Below are positions 1 to 9,394 of a stretch of DNA of 64,000 bases, one piece after another. How positions within the stretch are numbered: position 1 is the stretch's first letter; the number at the start of each line of letters is the position of its first letter. A model generated the notes under the pieces. It saw only the letters and a list, made by a program, of their open reading frames with translations, was not told the origin of the DNA and ran no database searches. Source of the stretch: a candidate division FCPU426 bacterium (lineage in GTDB: Bacteria > Oederibacteriota > Muellerivitia > Muellerivitales > Muellerivitaceae); the NCBI GenBank assembly GCA_963847625.1, contig CAWKAR010000063.1, positions 30,510-94,509 of the forward strand. Reading direction: 5' to 3'. A program made the translations under genes and the position numbers.

Positions 1-7
1 CGGGAAA

Positions 8-1669
8 ATGCTCTACCTGGATGAATCCGTCGGGGCCTCCCAGCAATACGACCTCAAGGACTTGAATCTCAACGTTAAGAATATCTCCACGATCGGCGGA
101 AAGACGAGCTTAACCCTCAGCACGCCACTGGACTACAACAAAATGGTTTACCAACTGTCAATGAAAGCATCCTTTAGGTATTACCTTGCCAGCCAGTCCT
201 TGAAAGAATTGAAACTGGATGGACAGGTGAACGACTTGGGTTTTGGACTGAGCGGTTCGGCCGAGGACATGACGGGCAACCTCACCCCCAACATGGATGG
301 CAACGCCAGCTTGGACATGCTCAAGTTTTCCGGATTGGTTCCGAAGAACCTTTCCGCGATGCCTCAGGGGCTTTCTCTGACCGGCCCGGCGAAGGTGAAT
401 TTCCACCTGGGCGGGAATAAGAAGAAGGGACTGGAATTGTCCGGAACAGCCGATGGGTCGGAATTAGCCATTCAATACAAGGACCTCTTCATCAAGAAGG
501 CCAATGCCACATGCAAGATTGATTTTAAAAGCATTATGGGCGATAACTTTTACGAACTGCCTTCCTTCACTGTGACTTACCAGGATTGGACCTTGGAAGG
601 TTCCTTCCGCTATGAGAACGGTTCTTCCTATACTTGCAAGCTCAATTCCAAGGCACTTCCGTTGAAGGGCATTTCGGACATGGTGCCCCGGTTGAAGAAA
701 GCCACCTTTGACGGGGAGACATCCCTGAACGTTACTCTTTCCCAGAATCTCAACAAGGCAAAATCCTTCCGGGCGAACGGCCAGGTGAATATCAAGGACG
801 TGGGTATCACCTTGCCCAACGAGCCTTACTTGCAAAAACTAAACGCCGTCATCCACTTTGACAATACCTTGGTGCAGATACCTTCGGCCACGTTCCAATC
901 TTTTGACGGTTCCGGCGCCATAGGTGTGACAGTCAACCTGGCGACGGCTGCCTATCTCTACTCACTCAATTTGAAGGGGGTGAATGCGCAAAAAGCGATC
1001 AATACCAGCGTGGACGTCTATGTGACAGTGGATCCCCAGGCAGACAAGGATAAACTCTACGGCACGATGAATTTGGCGTACAAGGGAAGCGGCAAGGGAT
1101 TCACAGCGGCTGAAGCGATCGCCAGTCAGCTGGGTTCCGGAAATTATTCCATGGAGAATGCCAAGGTGAAAGGTTACGCCGCGATCTCGGCCATCAATAA
1201 ATATTTCAAGGCGAGCAGCGATGAAATCGACTTCGACCAAATGGTCGGTACTTTAGGAATGAAGAATAAGGTGTTTTCCTATACTGGAAATCTCACGGGA
1301 AAAGTGGGAGTGGTGAGGGTAGTCGGCGGGGTTAATGTCGCGACCCTGTCCTACTCGCCCGACATGAAAATCCAGTGTGATCTAAAAAAAGATTTCTTGA
1401 ATTCGGACGCTCTTCTCGCGGGTCTTCCCGGCGAGGTCAAAAGATACGTGAAAAACGTGGATTGGTTGGCTGATGATAATGGTAATATACCGGTCGATAT
1501 CAAGATGACTGGGTTGGTTACGGCTAAAAATTGGTCCTACGATTGGACCAGACTTAAAAACAATCTTCTGAAAAAAGCCGGCAATGAGGCCAAGAAAGCG
1601 GTCCAAAACGCCGCCCAAAATGGAGTAAAGAATCTGGGTAACTCGTTGAAAGGCCTATTTGGCCATTAA
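8..1669 (+). CDS. AsmA-family (AsmA-like C-terminal) envelope protein, 5'-truncated by window edge
   Basis: Frame is open to the window start. Beta-rich repeats, 'GSGNYSMENAKVKGY...IDFDQMVGTLGMKNKVF', 'IPVDIKMTG' and a helical 'LKGLFG' C-terminus are typical of AsmA-like proteins. Confidence 0.65.
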   Translation: MLYLDESVGASQQYDLKDLNLNVKNISTIGGKTSLTLSTPLDYNKMVYQLSMKASFRYYLASQSLKELKLDGQVNDLGFGLSGSAEDMTGNLTPNMDGNASLDMLKFSGLVPKNLSAMPQGLSLTGPAKVNFHLGGNKKKGLELSGTADGSELAIQYKDLFIKKANATCKIDFKSIMGDNFYELPSFTVTYQDWTLEGSFRYENGSSYTCKLNSKALPLKGISDMVPRLKKATFDGETSLNVTLSQNLNKAKSFRANGQVNIKDVGITLPNEPYLQKLNAVIHFDNTLVQIPSATFQSFDGSGAIGVTVNLATAAYLYSLNLKGVNAQKAINTSVDVYVTVDPQADKDKLYGTMNLAYKGSGKGFTAAEAIASQLGSGNYSMENAKVKGYAAISAINKYFKASSDEIDFDQMVGTLGMKNKVFSYTGNLTGKVGVVRVVGGVNVATLSYSPDMKIQCDLKKDFLNSDALLAGLPGEVKRYVKNVDWLADDNGNIPVDIKMTGLVTAKNWSYDWTRLKNNLLKKAGNEAKKAVQNAAQNGVKNLGNSLKGLFGH

Positions 1670-1691
1670 GCTTTCTAGCCGTAAAGCACTT

Positions 1692-1723
1692 AAGAGCGGG
1701 GTCTTTCGCCCCGCTCTTTTTTT
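1692..1723 (+). terminator. Rho-independent terminator
   Basis: AAGAGCGGGG-tctttcg-CCCCGCTCTT followed by a T-run, 22 nt after the stop codon. Confidence 0.85.
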
Positions 1724-1738
1724 ATTCTTTCTGTTTTA

Positions 1739-1858
1739 CTGAAAAAGTCCCTAAAACGGACTTTTTAATTTAACGACATTTGTTGAAACCCCACGATTCC
1801 CGCGGAATCTTTGGGGCCGCAGGCTGCTTTGTGAGCCTATTCTTTACAGCAGCCTGCC
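1739..1858. repeat. MITE-like/structured palindromic element (related copy at 40482-40609)
   Basis: CTGAAAAAGTC..ACTTTTT hairpin, then AACCCCACGATTCCCGCGGAATCTTTGGGG, then GCAGGCTGCT..AGCAGCCTGC. The first two parts recur at 40487-40565. Confidence 0.5.
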
Positions 1859-1868
1859 AAGGAAACCC

Positions 1869-3130
1869 ATGGATTTGTTTTTTTCCTATATTTACAAGTT
1901 CTTGGCTAGGTTTCTGGGGGTCCGGCGGCAATTACCCTCCAACGCCAAGACCCTTATCTGGATGATTGGCCTTTACGATTTTACCTTCGCCCTGTCATCT
2001 GTCTTCATCAATGTCTTCCTTTTCCGGCGGCATGACGCTTGGAACGTGGTTCTTCCCTTCAATTTGATCCAATTTGTTTTTGTACCGGTCGGTTTTTGGG
2101 TGGGAGGGATCCTTTCCCCCCGGTTTGGCCACCGGATTTCTTATCAATTGGGGTTTATTTTTCAAGGCTTATTGTTCCTATCCGTCCTGCTTTTGAGGGA
2201 ATCGGCCCCGGCCTATGGGAATGGGCTCGGGGTCCTGAGCGGTTTGGCCATCGGTTTTTATTACTTAGGGCAGCACGCATTGACCTTGGACCTGACGGAT
2301 TCCAAGGACCGGGATTATTTTTTTCCCTTTACCTGCTCTTGAGTTCCATCTTGAAAATTCCGGCTCCGACCTTAGCGGGTTGGGTCATTGCATCCTTCAG
2401 CACGGGCCAGGGTGAATCCGGTGGATCCTTGACGGGCTACTACCTGATTTTCGGTTTCACCCTGCTCATTTACCTGGGGTTGATCCTCCAGAGTTTCCGG
2501 CTACATGTTCCCCATAAGACAGCTGATTACAACGTCCGAAAAATCCTCCGCCTGCCCTGGAGGGATGATTGGAAGGGGCTTTTGACGGCTTGGTTCTTCT
2601 CGGGAATCCGGGGGGGAGTTTTTTGGTTCGTCACCAGCTTGTTCGTCTATAAGGCCTGGAGAAACGAGCTGGCGGTGGGGAACTACAATACCCTGGCCAC
2701 TTTCCTAGCGGTGGTGACGGCCTATGCCTTGTCCCGGTGGGAAGGCTACCAGAACCGTCGCGGGGGAATGGCTCTTTCCTCAGTCCTGATCGTCCTATCC
2801 ACCCTGGTTTTGGCTTTCAGCCTGGGGCCCATGGCGCTTTTGCTTTTCGTGATTCTATACGCGATTGGTATGACCTGGTTTCAGGTGGGCTTCAGCGCCA
2901 TTTCTTTCGATGTAATCGAAAAAGCGCCGGAATCCCCCAAGCGGAAGCTGGAATATTTGACCCTTCGTGAGATACCATTGGCCATCGGGCGGATTTTGGG
3001 TTTATCCCTTTTCTGGTTCGGGCAGTCCTGGTTCGGGGAAACAGGCCTCCGGGTCGCACTGGTAGTTTTGGGGTTGACCCAATGGGGCACTTACGCTTTT
3101 TCCTTTCCCAAGAACCGGGAAAAAAAATAA
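1869..3130 (+). CDS. MFS transporter, split by a frameshift at T7 (2318-2324)
   Basis: ORFs 1869-2342 and 2039-3130 are hydrophobic halves. T8 gives a continuous RDYFFSLYLLLSSILK and a ~420-aa multi-TM protein. Confidence 0.75.
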
Positions 3131-3152
3131 CCTAAGAATTGAACGGAGAGCA

Positions 3153-3821
3153 ATGATCTACGCCATTGGCGACATCCACGGTTGTTTGGCGGCCTTGAAG
3201 GATTTATTGGCCCGGTTGCCCTTGAAACCAGAGGATGAACTGGTTTTCCTGGGGGACTACATCGACCGGGGGCCCGACAGCAAGGGGGTGGTGGAGTACC
3301 TTTTGAAGAACAAAAAGCCCAATTGGAAGTTTCTCAAGGGGAACCATGAGCAAATGCTATTGGAATGGCTGGGATCCCCCAGCAACATGACTTCCGCCAA
3401 CTGGCTTTTGAACGGCGGGTACCAGACCCTTCAATCCTACGTACCAGCCCAGAAAATGGACGAGTTGCGCGGGGAAGGGGCCCACATGATTCTCCAATCC
3501 CACATCCCGACAGCCCACGTCGAATTTTTCAACTCACTATTACTCACCTATGAGACGCCGGAATATTATTTTTGCCACGCCGGCGTCAACCTGGACAGAC
3601 CCCTGGGGGCCCAGGACCAGGACGACCTGCTTTGGATCCGCCGCAAATTCATCGAGGATCCCCGTCCCACGCCCAAGTTGGTCGTCTACGGCCATTCGCC
3701 CATTGAAAACGTGGACTTGAGCCGCGACCGAATCAATATCGACACCGGCTGTGTTTACGGAGGAACCTTGACTGCGCTGTTCCTCCCGGACAAGAAGTTG
3801 TACCAGGCAAAACAGCCGTAG
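3153..3821 (+). CDS. Ser/Thr protein phosphatase-family metallophosphoesterase
   Basis: GDIHG, GDYIDRG, GNHE, HAG, GH and IDTG motifs. Confidence 0.9.
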   Translation: MIYAIGDIHGCLAALKDLLARLPLKPEDELVFLGDYIDRGPDSKGVVEYLLKNKKPNWKFLKGNHEQMLLEWLGSPSNMTSANWLLNGGYQTLQSYVPAQKMDELRGEGAHMILQSHIPTAHVEFFNSLLLTYETPEYYFCHAGVNLDRPLGAQDQDDLLWIRRKFIEDPRPTPKLVVYGHSPIENVDLSRDRINIDTGCVYGGTLTALFLPDKKLYQAKQP

Positions 3822-4225
3822 GTATTTTCCACTGCGAGGGAAGAAGAAACTTCCACTTAACTTGCCAGTTTTTCCTTCATTCATCCTTTTCCATTCAATG
3901 CCTCACAATTAGCCCTAATTACGAAATCACGGTTTGTTTGATTTAACCCAACTAAGGGAACGGTTTTGGGATAGGCCAAATGTGAATGGGGTGGAGCAGG
4001 TTTCACGGGTATTAAGCGGAATTATTGGAATTAAAATGTCATTTGTAGTGGTGGATAACTGGTGGATGGTTTGTGAAGAGTATTGTCGTTGGGAAAACAT
4101 TTTACGTGTACGGGCCATGATCATAAATTTTTTTTAATGATTTAGTATAAAAATTGTCGCATGTCCGTGTGAGCCAGAGGTAAAATATAAACGTAGACAA
4201 CACTTACTCCAAAGCTTTCTGCCAC

Positions 4226-4241
4226 CGTGAGTGCACTCACG
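4226..4241. promoter_or_regulatory. Perfect 16-bp palindrome CGTGAGTGCACTCACG (CRP/FNR-like GTGA-N6-TCAC) upstream of HPr copy 1
   Basis: Perfect inverted repeat, conserved with one mismatch at 22254-22269 upstream of HPr copy 2. Confidence 0.6.
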
Positions 4242-4323
4242 AAACCCTAAATTTATCCGTCCTTAACTGCTTTACATCTTGCCCACAATCCGTCGTTCTT
4301 CATTGCCTCATGAGGAGAAGTCC

Positions 4324-4596
4324 GTGGAAATTACTGAGAAGATGAAAATCACCAACCGTTTGGGACTTCATTTGAGGGCGGCCGCTGAATTCGTGAGGAT
4401 TTCATCCAAATTCAAGTGTTGGATCCTAGTTAAAAATCATCACCGCACCGCTGACGGCAAAAGCCTGATCAACCTGATGACATTGGCGTCACCCTTCGGT
4501 TCGGAACTCACCATAACTTTCCGGGGCGAGGACGCCTGGGACGCCCGTTCGGCAATTCGTGACTTGGTTTTGAATAAATTCGGGGATGAGATTTAA
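4324..4596 (+). CDS. ptsH: HPr-family phosphocarrier protein (copy 1)
   Basis: NRLGLHLRAA (His15 motif) and ADGKSLINLM (Ser46 motif); GAGGAG RBS before the GTG start. Confidence 0.85.
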   Translation: MEITEKMKITNRLGLHLRAAAEFVRISSKFKCWILVKNHHRTADGKSLINLMTLASPFGSELTITFRGEDAWDARSAIRDLVLNKFGDEI

Positions 4597-4636
4597 TTTT
4601 CCCCGTTTCAAAAACGGATGAATCGTGGAGCAAACC

Positions 4637-4819
4637 ATGAAGGAATCCAATATCCTGGAACAGTTTTTCGAGGAACAGCATCGCAAGTGGAAAAAGAATA
4701 TTCCTCAATTTATTCGCAAGGAAATAAACCTCCATTCGGAACCGGTTCGGCCTTTAAAACAAAGGAACCAGAGCGAACCGGTTGCTTCCCATTCATCCCA
4801 CGAGGATAAAAAAAAGTAG
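4637..4819 (+). CDS. Small hypothetical protein (LEQFFEEQHxKWKK family, copy 1)
   Basis: GGAG RBS plus ATG; amino-acid conservation with the paralog at 22666-22869. Confidence 0.6.
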   Translation: MKESNILEQFFEEQHRKWKKNIPQFIRKEINLHSEPVRPLKQRNQSEPVASHSSHEDKKK

Positions 4820-4897
4820 ACCCTTTAGGGTTTCGAACTCCTGGAGCCGCCTGCTGTTAATAGGGTGAGGTATACTCATTCATAAAGGGAAATTCAT

Positions 4898-5272
4898 ATG
4901 ACACCGGTAAAGAAAAAACCGAGCCAGGAAAAGCGGCTTCATCCAAGGTTTTCGATCGAAATACCCGTTGAGTTCCGTGTGTTGGATGATCAAAAGGAAA
5001 TCGATAGCTTTTTGGAGTGGATGGAAAAAGAAAAAAAAGGAAAAACTCAAGATGTTAGCCTGGGCGGCATGCAAATCGTGGCAAGCCATCCGCTGAAGAA
5101 AGGTGCCATCCTTCAAATCGATTTGATCATCCCGCCCCATAAGGAAAAACTGGTGACTTACGCGGAAGTGATTTGGCCCGGCGAATACGGCGGTGGTTTG
5201 AAGTTTCTGATGATGGCGGATGACGTCAAAAAGAACTTGAAGTCTTTCCTGGAAAAACAATTATCTCCCTAG
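4898..5272 (+). CDS. PilZ-domain c-di-GMP receptor
   Basis: EKRLHPR (RxxxR) and DVSLGG (DxSxxG) motifs. Confidence 0.85.
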   Translation: MTPVKKKPSQEKRLHPRFSIEIPVEFRVLDDQKEIDSFLEWMEKEKKGKTQDVSLGGMQIVASHPLKKGAILQIDLIIPPHKEKLVTYAEVIWPGEYGGGLKFLMMADDVKKNLKSFLEKQLSP

Positions 5273-5313
5273 AACAGTCAATTGACAGCTTCCTAAGTAA
5301 TAAGCTATTGGCT

Positions 5314-6003
5314 TCAAACGTTTCGCGGTTTCTCGGATTTTCGGTAAGTTTTTTCGAATCTCGAGTTCGCCTGGCGAAGGGCCATTTCGGCATGAATGCC
5401 CTTGGACTGGGCCAGCCGGACGAGTTCAAGCAGGAATTTCCCGGCGGTTTTTTCACGAGCCCCCTTTTTCCCGCTTTTCAAACTCTTCCGGAACTCCTTC
5501 CAAGCCACATCCAATTTTTCCCAGCCGGTCCTACGAGGCCCTGGGGTCCCACGCTGGGCGATTTTCTCGTGCATGCGCTGGGCCCGAAGGAGGGCGGGAA
5601 GGGCCTTGGGAAGGCCGTCAAAGGCGGATTTCCGCTGGGGTTTTTCCCACCGCTTGATTTCCTCCCACCTGCGGTTGATGTGCTCAATTCGGCGGCTGGA
5701 ATTGCCAAACACATGGGGGTGCCGCCGGACCAGTTTGTCCCCGATGGTTTTGGCCACGTCCTGGAGATTGAACTTCCCCCTTTCCCTGGCGATTTGGGCG
5801 TGAAAGACCACCTGCAGGAGCAGGTCGCCCAATTCCTCCCTTAAATGGCCTGAATCGCCGTTATCGATGGCCTCCAGCGTCTCGTGAGCCTCCTCTAGAA
5901 GGTAGGGCCTCAGGCTTTTGTGGGTTTGCCTTTTATCCCAAGGACAGCCCTTTTTTGCCCGCAATCTTGACATGATTTTTTCGAGGCGTTTCACAAAATC
6001 CAT
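5314..6003 (-). CDS. mazG: Nucleoside triphosphate pyrophosphohydrolase MazG
   Basis: GCPWDKRQTH, LLEEAHE, EELGDLLLQVVFHAQIA and KLVRRHPHVF motifs; the C-terminal domain is degenerate. Confidence 0.9.
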   Translation of the reverse strand: MDFVKRLEKIMSRLRAKKGCPWDKRQTHKSLRPYLLEEAHETLEAIDNGDSGHLREELGDLLLQVVFHAQIARERGKFNLQDVAKTIGDKLVRRHPHVFGNSSRRIEHINRRWEEIKRWEKPQRKSAFDGLPKALPALLRAQRMHEKIAQRGTPGPRRTGWEKLDVAWKEFRKSLKSGKKGAREKTAGKFLLELVRLAQSKGIHAEMALRQANSRFEKTYRKSEKPRNV

Positions 6004-6071
6004 GTTGTCTCCAGTGGTTTTGGAATTTAACATGGGTGGCGGTTGTTTCCAACCCAATTAAGAGGGTTTTC

Positions 6072-7835
6072 ATGAATTTCAACGATTGGAAGAATCTCCT
6101 TCTCAAGATGCCTGGAGCGAAACAAGCCAAGGTCTATCTTGCCCGGCAAGGCCATAGTGAATCGGAAGCCGACATAGGCGGCCTGGCAGTGGCGCTCTTG
6201 TCCCTTCTCATATTGATCATCCTCTTCAATAGTTTCCTTTTCGGAATCATCATCGCCTTTTCCGAAACCCTTTGGAGCTATTGCCGGCAAAACACGGTGG
6301 AAGCCACGGGCATAGGGATCTTCGGTACCGTCATGTTCCTGGCTATTCTTTTCAAGATGCTTCATAAAAAGGAGGAAAAACTAAAGGAACAGGATATGGA
6401 GAAGCGGCGCAAACGCCACAAGTTGGACGAGAAACGGCAGTACATCAAAAAAGGCGCCATGGGGAATTTCGAGGAGGTATTCCGCTTCCTGCTTTCGGAG
6501 AAATGCTCGGACATCGAGATCAAGTCGGTCCATACCATCGATTTAACGCCCCGCATCCGGTTTGCGGCGAGGAAGTTCATCGCGGAGGATGATTCGGATG
6601 TGAACAAGAATTTCCAGTTATTCCGGGAAGCCCTTTTCAAGGACTCCCTGAGCGTAATTGAAATGTGCTTCCAGGTCTCGGAAAACATCCCTTCCGTCAT
6701 CGTCGACGCCATGATGAGTTTCATCGACCGAAAGGCCAAATACTACGACGGCACGGTTTTAAGCGTGAAGGCCAAGCGGGAGACATTCAAGGGAATTGAC
6801 CTGGAAAAAACCACCCCTTTCAAGATCCTGGCTTCATTCGACCTTCGTTACAACGACGGCATGGAGGTTCAGCCCTTGCCGGAGGACGTCAGTAAACAGG
6901 CAAGGGTGCTGGAAAAATTGAAAGAAAAGGCCCCGAAGCTCAACGTGTTCTACGAGACCAAACGCACCGCCATCAGTGATGGCTGGGAAAAGCCTAAGGA
7001 CTTGGATGACGTACCGGCCAAAGCCATCGATACCCTCCGGGAAAAGAACATGAGCGAGATGCCCCTGGCCGAATTCCAGGACTTGGCCGTGGGCCTCCTG
7101 GGAAAGCTCGGTTTTGACGTGCGAAAAGTCAAAAAAATTCCCGGAGGGACCCTCCAGATACAGGCCGATTTTCCCCACCCCGTGATCGGGGGAAATTTCA
7201 TGGTGCTGGCCCGCCAATACCCGGAAACCGCTCCCGTGCACCTCGACTTAGTCCGGGAGTTGGACGAATTGACTCGGGAGGAGTCCTGTAAGAGGGGAAT
7301 CTATCTCGTCACGGGCCTATTCACGGAGGAAGCCAGGAATACCTCCAAGAAACTGGCTGTGGATTTGGTGGATGGCCGCCGGATCGCTGAATTGCTGGAT
7401 GGGCCGCCTTATGAGGACCGTTGGTCTATCCGGGTTGTGGACGAGACCGGCAAGGTCATGGACTTGAGCCGGATGTCCCTCCTGGACTTTCAGCAAGAAG
7501 TGGACCAATTCCTGAAAAGCATGGGTTTCAGAGTCGTGAAAATCCGGCGTGACCCGGGAGGGTCCGTTGTCGCGGTGGCTGAGCATCCCCATCCCGTGAC
7601 GGGGGGGAAATTTGCCGTGCTAGCCAGGCAATTTCCGGCCGACACCCGGGTTGAGGCGGAAGTGGTCAGCGAATTCGCCCTGATCATGAAAACCGAATTT
7701 TGCCAGCGCGGTATTTTAATGGTGCCGGCCGAGTTCGCGAGGGACTCCCAGGCGCTCGCGCGCTTTTCGGGGGTTGAACTAGTGGACCGGAACACCTGGG
7801 AGAACTTGCGCCGCCACAGGGAAATCAACGGCTGA
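6072..7835 (+). CDS. Membrane-anchored protein with two tandem Mrr-like (restriction endonuclease fold) domains, catalytic motif degenerate
   Basis: Two N-terminal TM segments, then two repeats of 'M...EFQ....LL..LGF.V....GG....A..PHPV.GG.F.VLARQ...V..E....RGI.....F...A.......V.LVD'. Confidence 0.7.
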   Translation: MNFNDWKNLLLKMPGAKQAKVYLARQGHSESEADIGGLAVALLSLLILIILFNSFLFGIIIAFSETLWSYCRQNTVEATGIGIFGTVMFLAILFKMLHKKEEKLKEQDMEKRRKRHKLDEKRQYIKKGAMGNFEEVFRFLLSEKCSDIEIKSVHTIDLTPRIRFAARKFIAEDDSDVNKNFQLFREALFKDSLSVIEMCFQVSENIPSVIVDAMMSFIDRKAKYYDGTVLSVKAKRETFKGIDLEKTTPFKILASFDLRYNDGMEVQPLPEDVSKQARVLEKLKEKAPKLNVFYETKRTAISDGWEKPKDLDDVPAKAIDTLREKNMSEMPLAEFQDLAVGLLGKLGFDVRKVKKIPGGTLQIQADFPHPVIGGNFMVLARQYPETAPVHLDLVRELDELTREESCKRGIYLVTGLFTEEARNTSKKLAVDLVDGRRIAELLDGPPYEDRWSIRVVDETGKVMDLSRMSLLDFQQEVDQFLKSMGFRVVKIRRDPGGSVVAVAEHPHPVTGGKFAVLARQFPADTRVEAEVVSEFALIMKTEFCQRGILMVPAEFARDSQALARFSGVELVDRNTWENLRRHREING

Positions 7836-7899
7836 ACCCCTTGACAGACGACGGAAGTGGAAGTATTCATTGTTACCAAATCATCCAAGGAGGTTCCCC

Positions 7900-8319
7900 G
7901 TGTCACCTAAACGCCGTCATAAGAATGAATTCATGGATGATGAAGAACCCATCGAAGAGGAAGATCTGAAAGACGATGAAGACGAGGATGAGGACGAAGG
8001 CCTGGAGGAAGAAGAGACTATCGACTTGGAAAAAGCCAAGAAAGAGGAAGAGGATGAGGAAGACGATGAGGAGGAAGAAGAGGACGTCCTAGGCGATACT
8101 GTAGCGGATATCGAGAGGCGCCGCATCTTCCAACACGAGGCCGAGGACTTGTTGGAAAACTTGACCCTGGACGACGTCCGGGATGTCCTGAAGGAAAACG
8201 GATTGGACACCGACCTCGCTTCGCGCGTTAAGAAACTCCTGGCTGAAGTGATCAGCGAGGGGGAAGTGTCGTCCATGGATGAGGCCTGGGCGGAAGCTTT
8301 CGAACGAATAGAGGATTAA
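7900..8319 (+). CDS. Highly acidic hypothetical protein
   Basis: AAGGAGG RBS plus GTG; long D/E tracts; own promoter (TTGACA 7841) and terminator. Confidence 0.75.
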   Translation: MSPKRRHKNEFMDDEEPIEEEDLKDDEDEDEDEGLEEEETIDLEKAKKEEEDEEDDEEEEEDVLGDTVADIERRRIFQHEAEDLLENLTLDDVRDVLKENGLDTDLASRVKKLLAEVISEGEVSSMDEAWAEAFERIED

Positions 8320-8333
8320 TCTATTCACCATTC

Positions 8334-8369
8334 AAAATGCCGGACTGGGAACCCGTCCGGCATTTTTTT
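8334..8369 (+). terminator. Rho-independent terminator
   Basis: AAAATGCCGGAC..GTCCGGCATTTT stem plus T-run. Confidence 0.8.
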
Positions 8370-8428
8370 AGGCAAATGAAACCAAAACTTATACCGACCC
8401 CACTCTTTGTGCTAAACTTGACCGCACC

Positions 8429-8956
8429 ATGCTGAAGGATTATTTCCAAAAACTGAAAACCATCTGGACGAGGACCTCCGAATTTTACGAAAACATCCTG
8501 GGCCGGGGCGATTCTTCGGAAGCGACGCGCTTCGCGGCGTTTACGGGAATCCTGGTGGCCTTGGAATTGAGTTTCGCGGAGGTTGTGAACGGGGGCTCGA
8601 TGACCATGGTGGCCTTGGTGACGGTGATGATGTTTGTTTTTACGCCTTTTTTAACCTTGGCCTGGGTTTACCTTTGGGCCGGATTCATTCGGCTTTGCGG
8701 GTTGCTTTTGGGTGAGAAACTCCCCTTGGAAACTATCCAGTTGGTGGTGGCTTATTCCTCCGCGGGTTTGGTGACCCTGGGGGTCGGGTTTTTGTGGGGA
8801 AAGTGGCTCGCTCTCATCACGGTCATTTTTCAGGTTTTGGGGGCTGAAAGGGCCTTAAAATGTTCCAGAAGGATGGCGGCGGTATACGTGATGCTGCCCG
8901 TCTCGATGGTGATGGTTTTGCTGGGGATTTTCACACTTATGTTCAAGGTGTTTTAA
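8429..8956 (+). CDS. Yip1-like multi-pass membrane protein
   Basis: About 5 TM segments; the 'FYENI', 'VVAYSSA' pattern is reminiscent of Yip1. Confidence 0.5.
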   Translation: MLKDYFQKLKTIWTRTSEFYENILGRGDSSEATRFAAFTGILVALELSFAEVVNGGSMTMVALVTVMMFVFTPFLTLAWVYLWAGFIRLCGLLLGEKLPLETIQLVVAYSSAGLVTLGVGFLWGKWLALITVIFQVLGAERALKCSRRMAAVYVMLPVSMVMVLLGIFTLMFKVF

Positions 8957-9334
8957 ATGGCTAACCCCGTTGCTGTTAAAAAAGACTCTTCGGTTCTTCC
9001 CGAAAAAACCCGGAAAAGTCCCGCCCGAAAAACCGCCCAAGTTCCGGCTTTAGAAAATTCCAACATTGGCCAGGAAGCCAACCAGAATCTCGTCACTTCC
9101 TTCCGCTGGGGTTGGTACGGGCTTTCCTTTTTTATTCCCTTCGCCGGCATATTCATCGGCTTGTTTCTTTATGACCAGGATTCCAGGGAAGTCCGGAAAG
9201 TCGGGCGAAACTCCCTTTTGCTGGGTTTTCTCGTTTGGGTGGTATTCCCCATGTTTGTCCTGCTGGGTTTGGTTTTCCTGGGGACCCTAACGGCCCTTTC
9301 CTGGTTATCCGACCTCATTCCTCCGATGAATTGA
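8957..9334 (+). CDS. Small membrane protein
   Basis: Two TM segments ('YGLSFFIPFAGIFIGLFLY'); abuts the upstream gene. Confidence 0.65.
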   Translation: MANPVAVKKDSSVLPEKTRKSPARKTAQVPALENSNIGQEANQNLVTSFRWGWYGLSFFIPFAGIFIGLFLYDQDSREVRKVGRNSLLLGFLVWVVFPMFVLLGLVFLGTLTALSWLSDLIPPMN

Positions 9335-9394
9335 CACTTGGTTTTTTTGAGAGTCTCCGCTGAAAGCCCAACTTTTTTTTCTAAGGATGCCCGA

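Noticed and set aside
3822..4130. Possible oriC (GTGGATAAC and degenerate DnaA-like boxes, AT-rich tract)
   Set aside because: No perfect boxes and no dnaA context; the AT-rich tract is shared with the second HPr promoter.
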